From IMG/VR virus record IMGVR_UViG_3300021087_000857, positions 1 to 64,000 of that record: a stretch of 64,000 nucleotides of DNA; one strand, written 5' to 3'. Below are positions 54,724 through 63,919 of the stretch, piece by piece. The stretch's first letter is position 1. Every line of letters begins with the position of its first letter. Source of the DNA: a virus. The notes under the pieces were generated by a model. That model saw only the letters and a program-made list of their open reading frames with translations. It made no database searches and was not told the origin of the DNA. The position numbers and the translations under genes were made by a program.

Positions 54724-55350
54724 ATGAGTATGAACATAAAACACGTGGGTAAGACTCACACAGGAAAAAAATGTGTAGTGGTATTCAGAGAAGTACCAGA
54801 AGAGCCACATAACTGCTTAATCGTAGATACAGATGCACTTCCAGATTGGATGCATGATGATATCATGAATGCAGTAGAATCACCAGGCGCTCAACAAAGC
54901 AATGACTTTTATGAGTATGCAGAACGAACAGTTCTAACAGATGGTACTAATATGCTACAAGCATTGCACACCACAGGTAGACTACAAAAATTACCTACAG
55001 ATCAAATCACACTGACTCCAAACAATGAAGTAGCAGTTGGATTAACTGAGATTAATAATATTGTACGTGAAAATACTGGTGATAAAACAGTAGTTGCTCC
55101 ATCAACTGAACAGGTTGGTATGGCAGGAAAAGATACAGCACCTACTCCAGTAATGGAAAGTGCAAGTGCTCCTAGCAACAACGACGGTATTAGTGATACT
55201 GATTTAGCTAAACAATTCTTAGCACAAGCAAAAGGATACGAAACAGAAGCAAAGAGTTTAAAAGCTCAAGCATATGAATTAGCTCCTGGATTAAAGCCTG
55301 GGCCTAAGAAACCAGTTGCTAAAAAAGAATCTGAAGCAGTTTCAGAATAA
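54724..55350 (+). CDS. hypothetical protein
   Basis: AAGGAG SD; IKHVGK, VVFREVP. Confidence 0.75.
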   Translation: MSMNIKHVGKTHTGKKCVVVFREVPEEPHNCLIVDTDALPDWMHDDIMNAVESPGAQQSNDFYEYAERTVLTDGTNMLQALHTTGRLQKLPTDQITLTPNNEVAVGLTEINNIVRENTGDKTVVAPSTEQVGMAGKDTAPTPVMESASAPSNNDGISDTDLAKQFLAQAKGYETEAKSLKAQAYELAPGLKPGPKKPVAKKESEAVSE

Positions 55351-55369
55351 TACTAATTAAGGGAATAAC

Positions 55370-55666
55370 ATGCCAATAGAACGAAAAGACAGGTCTTTCG
55401 ATCTGATCTTTGACCAAGTATCTATGGATCATGTTCCAGCTGAATATATCAAGGAAGTTAGAGTAGATCTAGGTACAGGTGAAAGAATAACACTAACAAA
55501 AGAAGATTTGCAGATGATTAAAAACAAGTCTGCAGATGAAATTATTAAAGCATTAACAGTAGACTCAATGTCTAATATCAGTTTAAAGTTAGATTACACT
55601 GCTATTAAATCAGATGTTATGCGAGGTGTCTCGGGCTTTTTAGGAAAACACTTTGACGACAAGTAA
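55370..55666 (+). CDS. hypothetical protein
   Basis: AAGGG SD. Confidence 0.7.
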   Translation: MPIERKDRSFDLIFDQVSMDHVPAEYIKEVRVDLGTGERITLTKEDLQMIKNKSADEIIKALTVDSMSNISLKLDYTAIKSDVMRGVSGFLGKHFDDK

Positions 55667-56357
55667 CATATGGTTTTGTGGAATACCAGGAAGTAGGTGG
55701 AGCGGTATCGATATACAGATGCGTTCCATTTTACCCTGTGATCGCACAGACGAAACTCCAGAAAGAACACAATATCACAGAGCGTTTGATCCAAACGATG
55801 CTAATAATGGTCATCGTGGTAGCTATTGGGGTCCTGGCATGGGATGTGGTAAAGACTGGGTAGACTTTAATTTTTTAACAAAAAACAAATTGCAAGATGA
55901 TATTAATAATGTATTCTCTGGTACAGGATATAGAATAATTAAGAGTCATTTTTTTGCAAGAAAATTTAACTTAGACTTTATATGGAATAACTTTCCAGGT
56001 GATCGTATAGTGCTAATATATAGAGAGCCTCAAAAAAGTTTTGCGTGGTGGAGTGAAGTAATGGATATGGCACCAGAACATTATCCAGACTATAGACCAG
56101 GATATACTGACTATAACACCATGCGTGAATTACTATGGAAAGAGTCTGCAATTATAACAGACTTTGCCATACGTAAAGGATTAACATTCAAACCTTACAG
56201 TACACATGAATTTTCCTCTTGGAAAGGTTTTGACCATGCTAGTGCATTTCAAATAGACTTTGAAAAGATAAATAATACTAAGCACAAAGATGTTTTTATA
56301 ACATCGTGTCAAATACCAAATCAAAGGAATAATGTTCATGACTTTCCAAAATCTTAA
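55653..56357 (+). CDS. P-loop/sulfotransferase-like protein
   Basis: WFCGIPGSRWSG, IIKSH, VLIYREP...SFAWW follow the sulfotransferase motif order. Confidence 0.45.
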   Translation: MTTSNIWFCGIPGSRWSGIDIQMRSILPCDRTDETPERTQYHRAFDPNDANNGHRGSYWGPGMGCGKDWVDFNFLTKNKLQDDINNVFSGTGYRIIKSHFFARKFNLDFIWNNFPGDRIVLIYREPQKSFAWWSEVMDMAPEHYPDYRPGYTDYNTMRELLWKESAIITDFAIRKGLTFKPYSTHEFSSWKGFDHASAFQIDFEKINNTKHKDVFITSCQIPNQRNNVHDFPKS

Positions 56358-56432
56358 GAACATACAGTATATTGATAAAATTAATACTGAACGTTATCTT
56401 GCGATTGGACAAAATAAAATATAGAGAATAAT

Positions 56433-57860
56433 ATGTCAGATAGTAAATTACCAAGCGATACTTTTTGTATACTTCCGTGGATACATTTAAGTACTAGACC
56501 AGATGGAAGTATGAGAGTATGTTGTACTGCTAACGCATCAAGTGTAGGAGCAACAAATGATAAAGCACACGGTGGAAGAGTAGGTATTGTTAAAACAGAA
56601 GATGGCAAGCCTGCTAACCTAAACAACAGTGATCTTAACAGTAGTTGGAATAACAGCTATATGCGAAGTGTTAGACAAATGATGCTTAAAGGCGATAAGC
56701 CAGCAAGTTGTTTAAAATGCTACAAAGAAGAAGATGCAGGACACAGATCAAAGCGTCAATGGGAAACAGACTATTGGATGCGTGATGGTATTGATGTTGA
56801 CGAACTAGTAGCTCAAACATACGAAGATGGATCAACAGATAGTAAACTACGTTATATTGATATTCGTATGGGAACTAAATGTCAATTAGGTTGTGTTATG
56901 TGTAGCCCACATGATAGTTCAGGTTGGGTGAAAGACTGGAACAAGTTATATCCAAATATTACAAATGAATCTCTAAAAGAAACTATGAATTGGGATTCTA
57001 AAGGTAAAACGTTTGGTGCTAGTTATAATTGGCACAAAGACAATCCAGTATTTTGGGATCAGTTTTATGCACAAATTCCATACATTAGACAGTTATACTT
57101 TGCAGGCGGCGAAAGTACAGTTATTGAAGAACATTATAGTATTTTATCTAAAGTTATTGAAATGGGGTATGCACATCAAATTGAAGTACGTTATAATTCA
57201 AACGGAATTGAACTACCAGATAGACTATTAGAACTATGGACACATTTCCAAAAAGTACGTTTCCATTATAGTATTGACAGTATTGGTGTAATGAATGATT
57301 ATATTCGTTACCCAAGTGAATGGGACCATCAACTTAAAATGTTTGAACGTTTAGATAAAGAAACATCTAACAATGTAGAAGTTACAATTGCATGTGCCGT
57401 TAACGCTCTTAACATTCATTATATTCCAGACTTCCTTAAATGGAAACTTCAGGATAGCGGACTAAAGAAAACAAATATGTGGCCATTTGGTGCAGGCGGT
57501 ATTAACTATCACTTTGTATACTGGCCAGGACATTTGAATGTTAAAGTACTACCAGATGAATTCTTAGATAAGACTGAAGCTAAGTATGAAGAATTTATTG
57601 AATGGTGGAAAGAAAATTGGGAACTAGGTGTTCCAAGTTGGCATAAAGGTAAAGTAACCAAAGAACAATGGCTAGATGCGAGTTATGGAATTAAACGTTT
57701 ACGTGGTATGATTAGTTTTGCTCGCAGTGAAGATTGGAGTAGACGCTTACCAGAATTTAGAGAATATATTAATAAACTAGATGAGTTACGTGGAACTGAT
57801 TTCCGCAATACATTTCCAGAAATGGCATACTTACTAGATGAACCGGAGAATGATAAATGA
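56433..57860 (+). CDS. radical SAM protein with N-terminal twitch domain
   Basis: CILPW...VCC...CLKCY; CQLGCVMC; FAGGE; YNSNG. Confidence 0.92.
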   Translation: MSDSKLPSDTFCILPWIHLSTRPDGSMRVCCTANASSVGATNDKAHGGRVGIVKTEDGKPANLNNSDLNSSWNNSYMRSVRQMMLKGDKPASCLKCYKEEDAGHRSKRQWETDYWMRDGIDVDELVAQTYEDGSTDSKLRYIDIRMGTKCQLGCVMCSPHDSSGWVKDWNKLYPNITNESLKETMNWDSKGKTFGASYNWHKDNPVFWDQFYAQIPYIRQLYFAGGESTVIEEHYSILSKVIEMGYAHQIEVRYNSNGIELPDRLLELWTHFQKVRFHYSIDSIGVMNDYIRYPSEWDHQLKMFERLDKETSNNVEVTIACAVNALNIHYIPDFLKWKLQDSGLKKTNMWPFGAGGINYHFVYWPGHLNVKVLPDEFLDKTEAKYEEFIEWWKENWELGVPSWHKGKVTKEQWLDASYGIKRLRGMISFARSEDWSRRLPEFREYINKLDELRGTDFRNTFPEMAYLLDEPENDK

Positions 57861-58432
57861 AATATTTATTAGTCGCACTTGAAAATGAAGTGCCAAATAT
57901 CGATTTACCCGATGATTATACACTAATGATTACAGGTGTAGGTAAAGTAAATGCTACTGTAATGGCTACTATTGCCGCTAGACAACCAGACTGTGAATGT
58001 ATTATTAACTACGGAACAGCAGGAACTTTTAATCCTAAACTAGTTGGTAAACTACACAGAATTGGAATAGTAAAACAACGCGATATGGATGCAAGACCAC
58101 AAGCACCATTAGGAACTACTCCATACGAAGATACAAAATTCAGCAGTGATTTGCAACTTTATAAAGGAAGTAAATTTACATTAAGCACAGGCGATAACTT
58201 TGTAAAAGCCAACCCCGAAATGCAAAGTGACTTTGTAGACATGGAAGGGTATGCTATTGCAAAAGTGGCAGGTATGTTTAATAAGCCATGTATGATGTTA
58301 AAATATGCAAGCGACTTAGCTGACGATAAAGCACCAGAAGAATGGGAAAAGAATCAAGCCAAAGGCAAAGATATGTTCCTAAAATGGCTAGATGATTTAG
58401 AAAAGAATATCCAAGAAATAAACGATGAGTAA
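57857..58432 (+). CDS. mtnN: 5'-methylthioadenosine/SAH/5'-deoxyadenosine nucleosidase
   Basis: ALENE, TGVGKVNA, INYGTAG, STGDNF, VDMEGYAIAKV, KYASDLAD. Confidence 0.85.
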   Translation: MKYLLVALENEVPNIDLPDDYTLMITGVGKVNATVMATIAARQPDCECIINYGTAGTFNPKLVGKLHRIGIVKQRDMDARPQAPLGTTPYEDTKFSSDLQLYKGSKFTLSTGDNFVKANPEMQSDFVDMEGYAIAKVAGMFNKPCMMLKYASDLADDKAPEEWEKNQAKGKDMFLKWLDDLEKNIQEINDE

Positions 58433-59684
58433 TTCGGGCTTTTGTGCATTACCATTTGTTCAATATAGTACTTACAACGGAGGACGTTTTAGACTTTGTT
58501 GTATGGCTAAAGAACCTAAAGAACTAGTCAATCAAGAAGAACTAGGAATTGATGGCACTTGGAATCACAATTATATAAAAGACGTAAGACGCAGAATGAC
58601 TGCTGGTGAGAAATTATCAGAGTGTATTGAATGTCATCATTTAGAACGTAACGGAATAATGAGCTCACGCCAATGGGAAAATAAAGTGTGGGCAGACGTA
58701 ATAGATGATGTAGTAGCAGACGCATCAGCTAATGATTGGGAGATTGACCAGCCTCTACAATTTGATTTTAGACTTGGTAACTTATGTAATTTGCAGTGTC
58801 AAATGTGCAACAAAGAAGCATCTCACTTAGTGAGTGTGGAAAGAGCCACAATGGTACAAAGCGGACTCGGAGCGAACCATCCTGATTGGGACGGCAATAT
58901 TGCAAACAAAAAACAAGCATTACTTCAACCTGGAATAGAGTGGGAGAGCTTTGAAAGAATGTTACCATATGCTCGCAAAATAAAACTAATAGGTGGCGAG
59001 CCTACAGTTGCTCAAGACATGTTTAAATTGTTAGACATTGCAACTGCAAGTGGTCATGCAGAACATATAGAATTAAGTTTTTATACAAACATCACTAACA
59101 TGCAAGATAAATGGTTAGACCAACTATCTAAGTTTGAGAAAGTGATTGTTAACTGTTCATTGGAAGGAATGGAAGATATGAATGATTATCTTAGGCCTCC
59201 AAGTAAGTGGGCAAGTGTATGGAAGAACTTTGATAAGTTAGTTAAGTTCTCAGATACAAAAGAAGGTAAACGTATAAAGGTACGAGTTACTACAGTAAAC
59301 CAAATAACCAATGCATTGCATACTGCTACATTTTGGAAGTTTATGCATGATTATCAGATGACTAGTAATAGAGGCATTGGTATGAGTACTAACCAATTAG
59401 TAGAGCCAGCATACTATAGTATGGCACATGCTCCTGAATGGTTGAAAGAAGAACAACGTGAACAGATTTTGGAATTTCTCAAAAGCATTGGCAACAGTCC
59501 ACATTTTGAGCAATACGAAGAACCTCTTATGGAACTTGTTAATTTTAGTTTGGATCCTGAGCATAAGTATGATGCTGACATCATGCGCCAGTATGTCAAG
59601 ATCACCGAAAACTACGACAGATTCAGAGGACACGACATTATTCAAGTGTCGCCCGAATTTAGAAGAATTAAAAGAGACCTCTGA
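58425..59684 (+). CDS. radical SAM protein with N-terminal twitch domain
   Basis: CALPF...LCC...CIECH; CNLQCQMC; IGGEP. Confidence 0.92.
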   Translation: MSNSGFCALPFVQYSTYNGGRFRLCCMAKEPKELVNQEELGIDGTWNHNYIKDVRRRMTAGEKLSECIECHHLERNGIMSSRQWENKVWADVIDDVVADASANDWEIDQPLQFDFRLGNLCNLQCQMCNKEASHLVSVERATMVQSGLGANHPDWDGNIANKKQALLQPGIEWESFERMLPYARKIKLIGGEPTVAQDMFKLLDIATASGHAEHIELSFYTNITNMQDKWLDQLSKFEKVIVNCSLEGMEDMNDYLRPPSKWASVWKNFDKLVKFSDTKEGKRIKVRVTTVNQITNALHTATFWKFMHDYQMTSNRGIGMSTNQLVEPAYYSMAHAPEWLKEEQREQILEFLKSIGNSPHFEQYEEPLMELVNFSLDPEHKYDADIMRQYVKITENYDRFRGHDIIQVSPEFRRIKRDL

Positions 59685-59738
59685 TTTAACTAAAGCAGAA
59701 ACCTATCATCGATGGGATTGTAAAGTAACTGTAGACTT

Positions 59739-60569
59739 TTAAAACTTTTTAATACGTTCTGCCATACATAGCTCAGGCTTGAGCAAACTTTCATTTAATA
59801 TATCAGCTTCAAAGCATTGTAACTTTGTGCCAAATACAATTTGGTGAGTAATCCATTGTGCATTAAAGAACCAAATATCACCTGGATCAAAAGTAATATA
59901 ATGTAATGGGTGGTGAAACTGATCCCATTTTTCTTCATTCCATACACATCTATCACGCATTCCAGTAATAAATGTATGTATGTTGTTTTTATCTAGTTCA
60001 CCTAAGTTAAACTTATCTTTGTACATGTTATACATTTGTTGTAAGTCTGGACCACACGATAATACTCTAGGACGCTTTTTATCTAATTGAACAAACATAC
60101 GTATCTGTTGTTCTAGTCCAGTGTGTTGTTCATCTAGTTCGTCCAAGTGTAGTTTATTTTCTACTAGTGTATTATATCTATGACTAAGCATACGTTCACT
60201 TGTTTTGTAATGTGGGAATAACATATCAAATACTTCGTTCCATCCATTGTTAGCTTGTTTGTGTTTTTGATGAAATACATTAATTTGCTCGTCATTCCAA
60301 CCACGTTCTATATGCATACGTGATCTATTTTTAATATGACTGTTATACCAAGGCATAATCCATTTGTTATCTTTAATAGTCCAGTCTGGTAAGTCGTCAT
60401 AGTAATCATAATCTAATTGTGGTATAGTTAGATTTTTAATAACCACCGGCCAGCCACTTTCAAATGCTTCGTATAGTTTAAAATTGTCTTTTAGGTCGTG
60501 TTTATTAGCGTCGAAAACATTGACAATGAAGTCGTTTCCTGCTATAATATCTTTAGCGATACGGGTCAT
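59739..60569 (-). CDS. Kdo-hydroxylase (KdoO)-like 2OG-Fe(II) oxygenase
   Basis: LHLD (HxD), IRMFVQL..RPRV, FDPGDIWFF...THQIVFG; GGAG SD before ATG 60569; only convincing minus-strand gene. Confidence 0.6.
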   Translation of the reverse strand: MTRIAKDIIAGNDFIVNVFDANKHDLKDNFKLYEAFESGWPVVIKNLTIPQLDYDYYDDLPDWTIKDNKWIMPWYNSHIKNRSRMHIERGWNDEQINVFHQKHKQANNGWNEVFDMLFPHYKTSERMLSHRYNTLVENKLHLDELDEQHTGLEQQIRMFVQLDKKRPRVLSCGPDLQQMYNMYKDKFNLGELDKNNIHTFITGMRDRCVWNEEKWDQFHHPLHYITFDPGDIWFFNAQWITHQIVFGTKLQCFEADILNESLLKPELCMAERIKKF

Positions 60570-60598
60570 GTTGTATAAAACTCCATTTGTGTGTATAG

Positions 60599-60619
60599 AT
60601 AAATACATATATATTTATG
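60599..60619. promoter_or_regulatory. inverted pair of late-promoter-like ATAAATA boxes between divergent genes
   Basis: ATAAATA-catatata-TTTAT (ATAAATA also reads on the minus strand). Confidence 0.5.
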
Positions 60620-60674
60620 CAAGTAAAAATCCAAGTTCAACGCATATTGAACAAACATCATATGAGAATAAAAA

Positions 60675-61760
60675 ATGACAAAATCAGTTAATGTATGGAG
60701 CGAATTTCAGCCCCTAAAAAGAGTAGTGCTAGGAGCACCGTTTCCACCTGAAACATTTGATTGGCACGAGGACGAAGAAACACGCAATGTAATGCGTCAA
60801 ATCTTTAAAGAAACAGCCGAGGACATAGCAGTGCTGGAGGGAATATTAAAGGACAGAGGTATTGAAGTAGTACGTCCTAAAAATATATTTACAATCACAG
60901 GTGAAGAACAAATTAAATTACCATGGATGCATTGTGGGTTTCCTAACCACCCATTAATGCCACGTGATACACTTATGCCGTATGGCAATAGTATATTTGA
61001 ATGTTTTACAGGTAGCGATAATCGTTACTTTGAGAATCTCGCATATTACGATCATTGTAGTAAATGGTTTAGTGAAGGTGCAGATTGGGTTAGTATGCCA
61101 GGAGTATTAGTAGAAAGTGGTAAAAAATATGACCACTTTGTAGATAATCATCGACTGCTTTATCATGCGGCTAACATGATAAAGTGTGGACGCCACGTTT
61201 TGTTTAGCCAACCCTATGAGGGAGACAATAAACGAGGCAGAGGTACGGAGCTGGGCCGTGAATGGATTCGTAGAGAAATAAAACTACGTTATCCAGATAC
61301 AAAGTTTTTGGACATTCCAGTAGGAGGACATATCGATGGTAAAATAGCATTGCTAAAACCTGGTGTGCTAATGACCTGGAATGCAAATTGGGTTCCTAAA
61401 GAAATGGAAGGTTGGCACATTATTGAAGTAGATGATGATTTTGACATGCCAGAAGATTTCCAACAAACTCGTAAGAAAAGATTCCACAAAGAATATGTAA
61501 GCAAGTGGTTAGAGCATTGGGTAGGTTGTCCAGACGAAAGTGTGTTTGATGTTAACGTACTATCACTAGATGAAAAGACGGTAATTTGTACAGGTAAAAA
61601 TGAACAAGCATTTGCTGAAATGGAAGCACATGGCATTGAACCAATATACTGGAACTTTAGACATCAGTATTTTTGGGATGGTGGCATACATTGTTTAACA
61701 AGTGATATTGTTAGAGAAGGTGGGCAGGAAGATTATATAACTAACAAAAGGTACTATTAA
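60675..61760 (+). CDS. amidinotransferase (glycine/inosamine-phosphate amidinotransferase family)
   Basis: WSEFQPLKRVVLG, MPRD, GHIDG, FDVNVLSLD, GGIHCLTSD. Confidence 0.9.
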   Translation: MTKSVNVWSEFQPLKRVVLGAPFPPETFDWHEDEETRNVMRQIFKETAEDIAVLEGILKDRGIEVVRPKNIFTITGEEQIKLPWMHCGFPNHPLMPRDTLMPYGNSIFECFTGSDNRYFENLAYYDHCSKWFSEGADWVSMPGVLVESGKKYDHFVDNHRLLYHAANMIKCGRHVLFSQPYEGDNKRGRGTELGREWIRREIKLRYPDTKFLDIPVGGHIDGKIALLKPGVLMTWNANWVPKEMEGWHIIEVDDDFDMPEDFQQTRKKRFHKEYVSKWLEHWVGCPDESVFDVNVLSLDEKTVICTGKNEQAFAEMEAHGIEPIYWNFRHQYFWDGGIHCLTSDIVREGGQEDYITNKRYY

Positions 61761-62809
61761 TGAGTTGGTACAAGAACCTACATAAATTACAACTTGACCC
61801 AACAAGTCATTGTAATGCAAGATGCGGTGCTTGTGCTAGAAATATATACGGTGGTGAAACTAGACACGACTTGGAATTAAAACATTTTGACTTAGAGTTA
61901 TGGAAAAGAATAGCAATCGAAGACACTAAAGAGTGCTACATAAATCATTTAAGTCTAAATGGAAATTGGGGCGATGCTTTAATGCACCCAGATATAATAG
62001 AAATAATTGAAATTTGGAATACATATCATCCAGAAAGTGAAATGGCAATAGCAACAAATGGAAGCCTACGTAGTACAGAGTTTTGGAAAAAGTTAGCCAA
62101 CGTACTAAGAAACACTCCTCGACATAGTCTTGAATTTTCAATGGATGGAATGGAAGATACACATCACATTTATAGAAGAAAAACATCACATTCAAAGTTA
62201 GTAGATAATATTAAAACTTTTGTAGATGCAGGTGGAACTGCAAACATATATATGACTTTATTCGAACACAACAAACACCAAATTAAAGAAGTAGCAAACT
62301 TATCTAAAGAATTAGGTGCTGATGGATTTTATATAAGGCATAGTCATCGTAGTAAGATGAAAATTATAGACGGTGAAGAACGATACGATATAGAAGGTTA
62401 TTTTCCAAAAATAATAAAAGGCTCTTTTACTTTTCCAAAAAATAAAAAAATAAATAGTGATGCAAGAGATAGTAAAATACACATACAAAATAATGAAAAA
62501 ATTAAACCAAATACAACAAGTAAATGTCCTTGGAAACAACAACACAAAGTACAAATTGATCCATGGGGAATAATATGGCCTTGTTGTTATGTAAGTAAGT
62601 ATGGTGGTGGTGGGTCAATGACAGGTTTTAATATGGACGAAATTTTTTCACCAGGCAATGATAATATTATTAATAATGTATTTGAACAAAATGATGTAAA
62701 CAAGTATACCTTAAAAGAAATATTAGAAAATAAATGGTTTAATACAACAGTAGATAATGCAATAGCAAAGTCTGAATGGAATATTTGCAATGAAACTTGC
62801 GGAATATAA
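61760..62809 (+). CDS. radical SAM protein with C-terminal SPASM/twitch domain
   Basis: CNARCGAC, NGNWGD, ATNGS; KCPW...WPCC...CNETCG. Confidence 0.92.
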   Translation: MSWYKNLHKLQLDPTSHCNARCGACARNIYGGETRHDLELKHFDLELWKRIAIEDTKECYINHLSLNGNWGDALMHPDIIEIIEIWNTYHPESEMAIATNGSLRSTEFWKKLANVLRNTPRHSLEFSMDGMEDTHHIYRRKTSHSKLVDNIKTFVDAGGTANIYMTLFEHNKHQIKEVANLSKELGADGFYIRHSHRSKMKIIDGEERYDIEGYFPKIIKGSFTFPKNKKINSDARDSKIHIQNNEKIKPNTTSKCPWKQQHKVQIDPWGIIWPCCYVSKYGGGGSMTGFNMDEIFSPGNDNIINNVFEQNDVNKYTLKEILENKWFNTTVDNAIAKSEWNICNETCGI

Positions 62810-62818
62810 GGAATAACA

Positions 62819-63919
62819 ATGAATTGGTATAGACAGATACATAAATTACAAATAGATATAACAAGTCATTGTAATGCTAGATGTGGTGCTTGTATAAGAA
62901 ATATAAATGGAGGTGCAACTCATCCAGGTTTAAAACTAACCCATTTTGATGTAGATGTTTGGAAACGTATGGCTACCGAAGACACTAGAGGTTGGTGGGT
63001 TAGGCAGCTAACACTAAATGGAAATTGGGGCGATCCAATGATGCATCCTCATTTAGTAGAAATGTTAGAAATATGGATTACTGCTCACCCGGAAACTTTT
63101 ATATCTATTGCAACAAATGGAAGTATGCGTAGCACTAAGTTTTGGTCAGACCTTGCTACAATATTACGTAAAGGATCTCATCACAAAGTTGATTTTGCAG
63201 TAGATGGAATGGAAGACACGCATCATATATACAGACGAAAAACTGTGTTTTCTAAACTAAAAGAAAACATAAAAGCATTTACAGATGCAAAAGGACAAGC
63301 AATTGCAGTAATGACAATGTTTGAACATAACAAACATCAAATAGAAGAAGTAAAAGAATTGGCAAGAGAAGTAGGTTGCAAACACTTTATTGCAAGAAGA
63401 AGTCATAGTGATCATATGCTTATCGAAGACGGTGACGAACAATACGAAATAAAAGGTTGGTATCCAACTGGAAATGGCGAGCATGTAATTGATAACGATA
63501 CTCCGGAACTTGAACAAGACTTTCCCGAAAACGAACATCCACTAAGTGTAAATAGAGACAGAATATGGATGAGAGCTAATGAACGTTTTGAAGAATTAAA
63601 TGATAATCATATACCAAGTAAATGTCCTTGGAAAGATGAAGGGGAAGTACAAATAGACCCATGGGGTGTTGTATGGCCTTGTTGTCATGTAAGTTTATAT
63701 GGCGGTGCTGGAGCATCAGAAAATATGTCTATAAAATTAAACTTTAATGAAGAAGCTGAACAAACTAATTTTATCGAAGAAGGAAAAGAATCAAACAGTT
63801 TGCATAATAGATCGTTAAAAGATATATTAAATAATCAATGGTATAATGATACACTTAATCATGCTATAAAAAATGCAGATTATGATGTGTGCAGACGTAG
63901 TTGTGGGATATGTAAATAA
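62819..63919 (+). CDS. radical SAM protein with C-terminal SPASM/twitch domain (tandem paralog)
   Basis: CNARCGAC, NGNWGDP; KCPW...WPCC...CRRSCG. Confidence 0.92.
   Translation: MNWYRQIHKLQIDITSHCNARCGACIRNINGGATHPGLKLTHFDVDVWKRMATEDTRGWWVRQLTLNGNWGDPMMHPHLVEMLEIWITAHPETFISIATNGSMRSTKFWSDLATILRKGSHHKVDFAVDGMEDTHHIYRRKTVFSKLKENIKAFTDAKGQAIAVMTMFEHNKHQIEEVKELAREVGCKHFIARRSHSDHMLIEDGDEQYEIKGWYPTGNGEHVIDNDTPELEQDFPENEHPLSVNRDRIWMRANERFEELNDNHIPSKCPWKDEGEVQIDPWGVVWPCCHVSLYGGAGASENMSIKLNFNEEAEQTNFIEEGKESNSLHNRSLKDILNNQWYNDTLNHAIKNADYDVCRRSCGICK

Noticed and set aside
59458-59742. 94-aa alternative-frame ORF over a radical SAM 3' end
   Set aside because: No motif or SD; likely a shadow in a slightly GC-richer stretch
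373-63538. Numerous 60-135 aa minus-strand ORFs in the track
   Set aside because: They lie opposite well-supported plus-strand genes and lack motifs; only 59739..60569 is accepted
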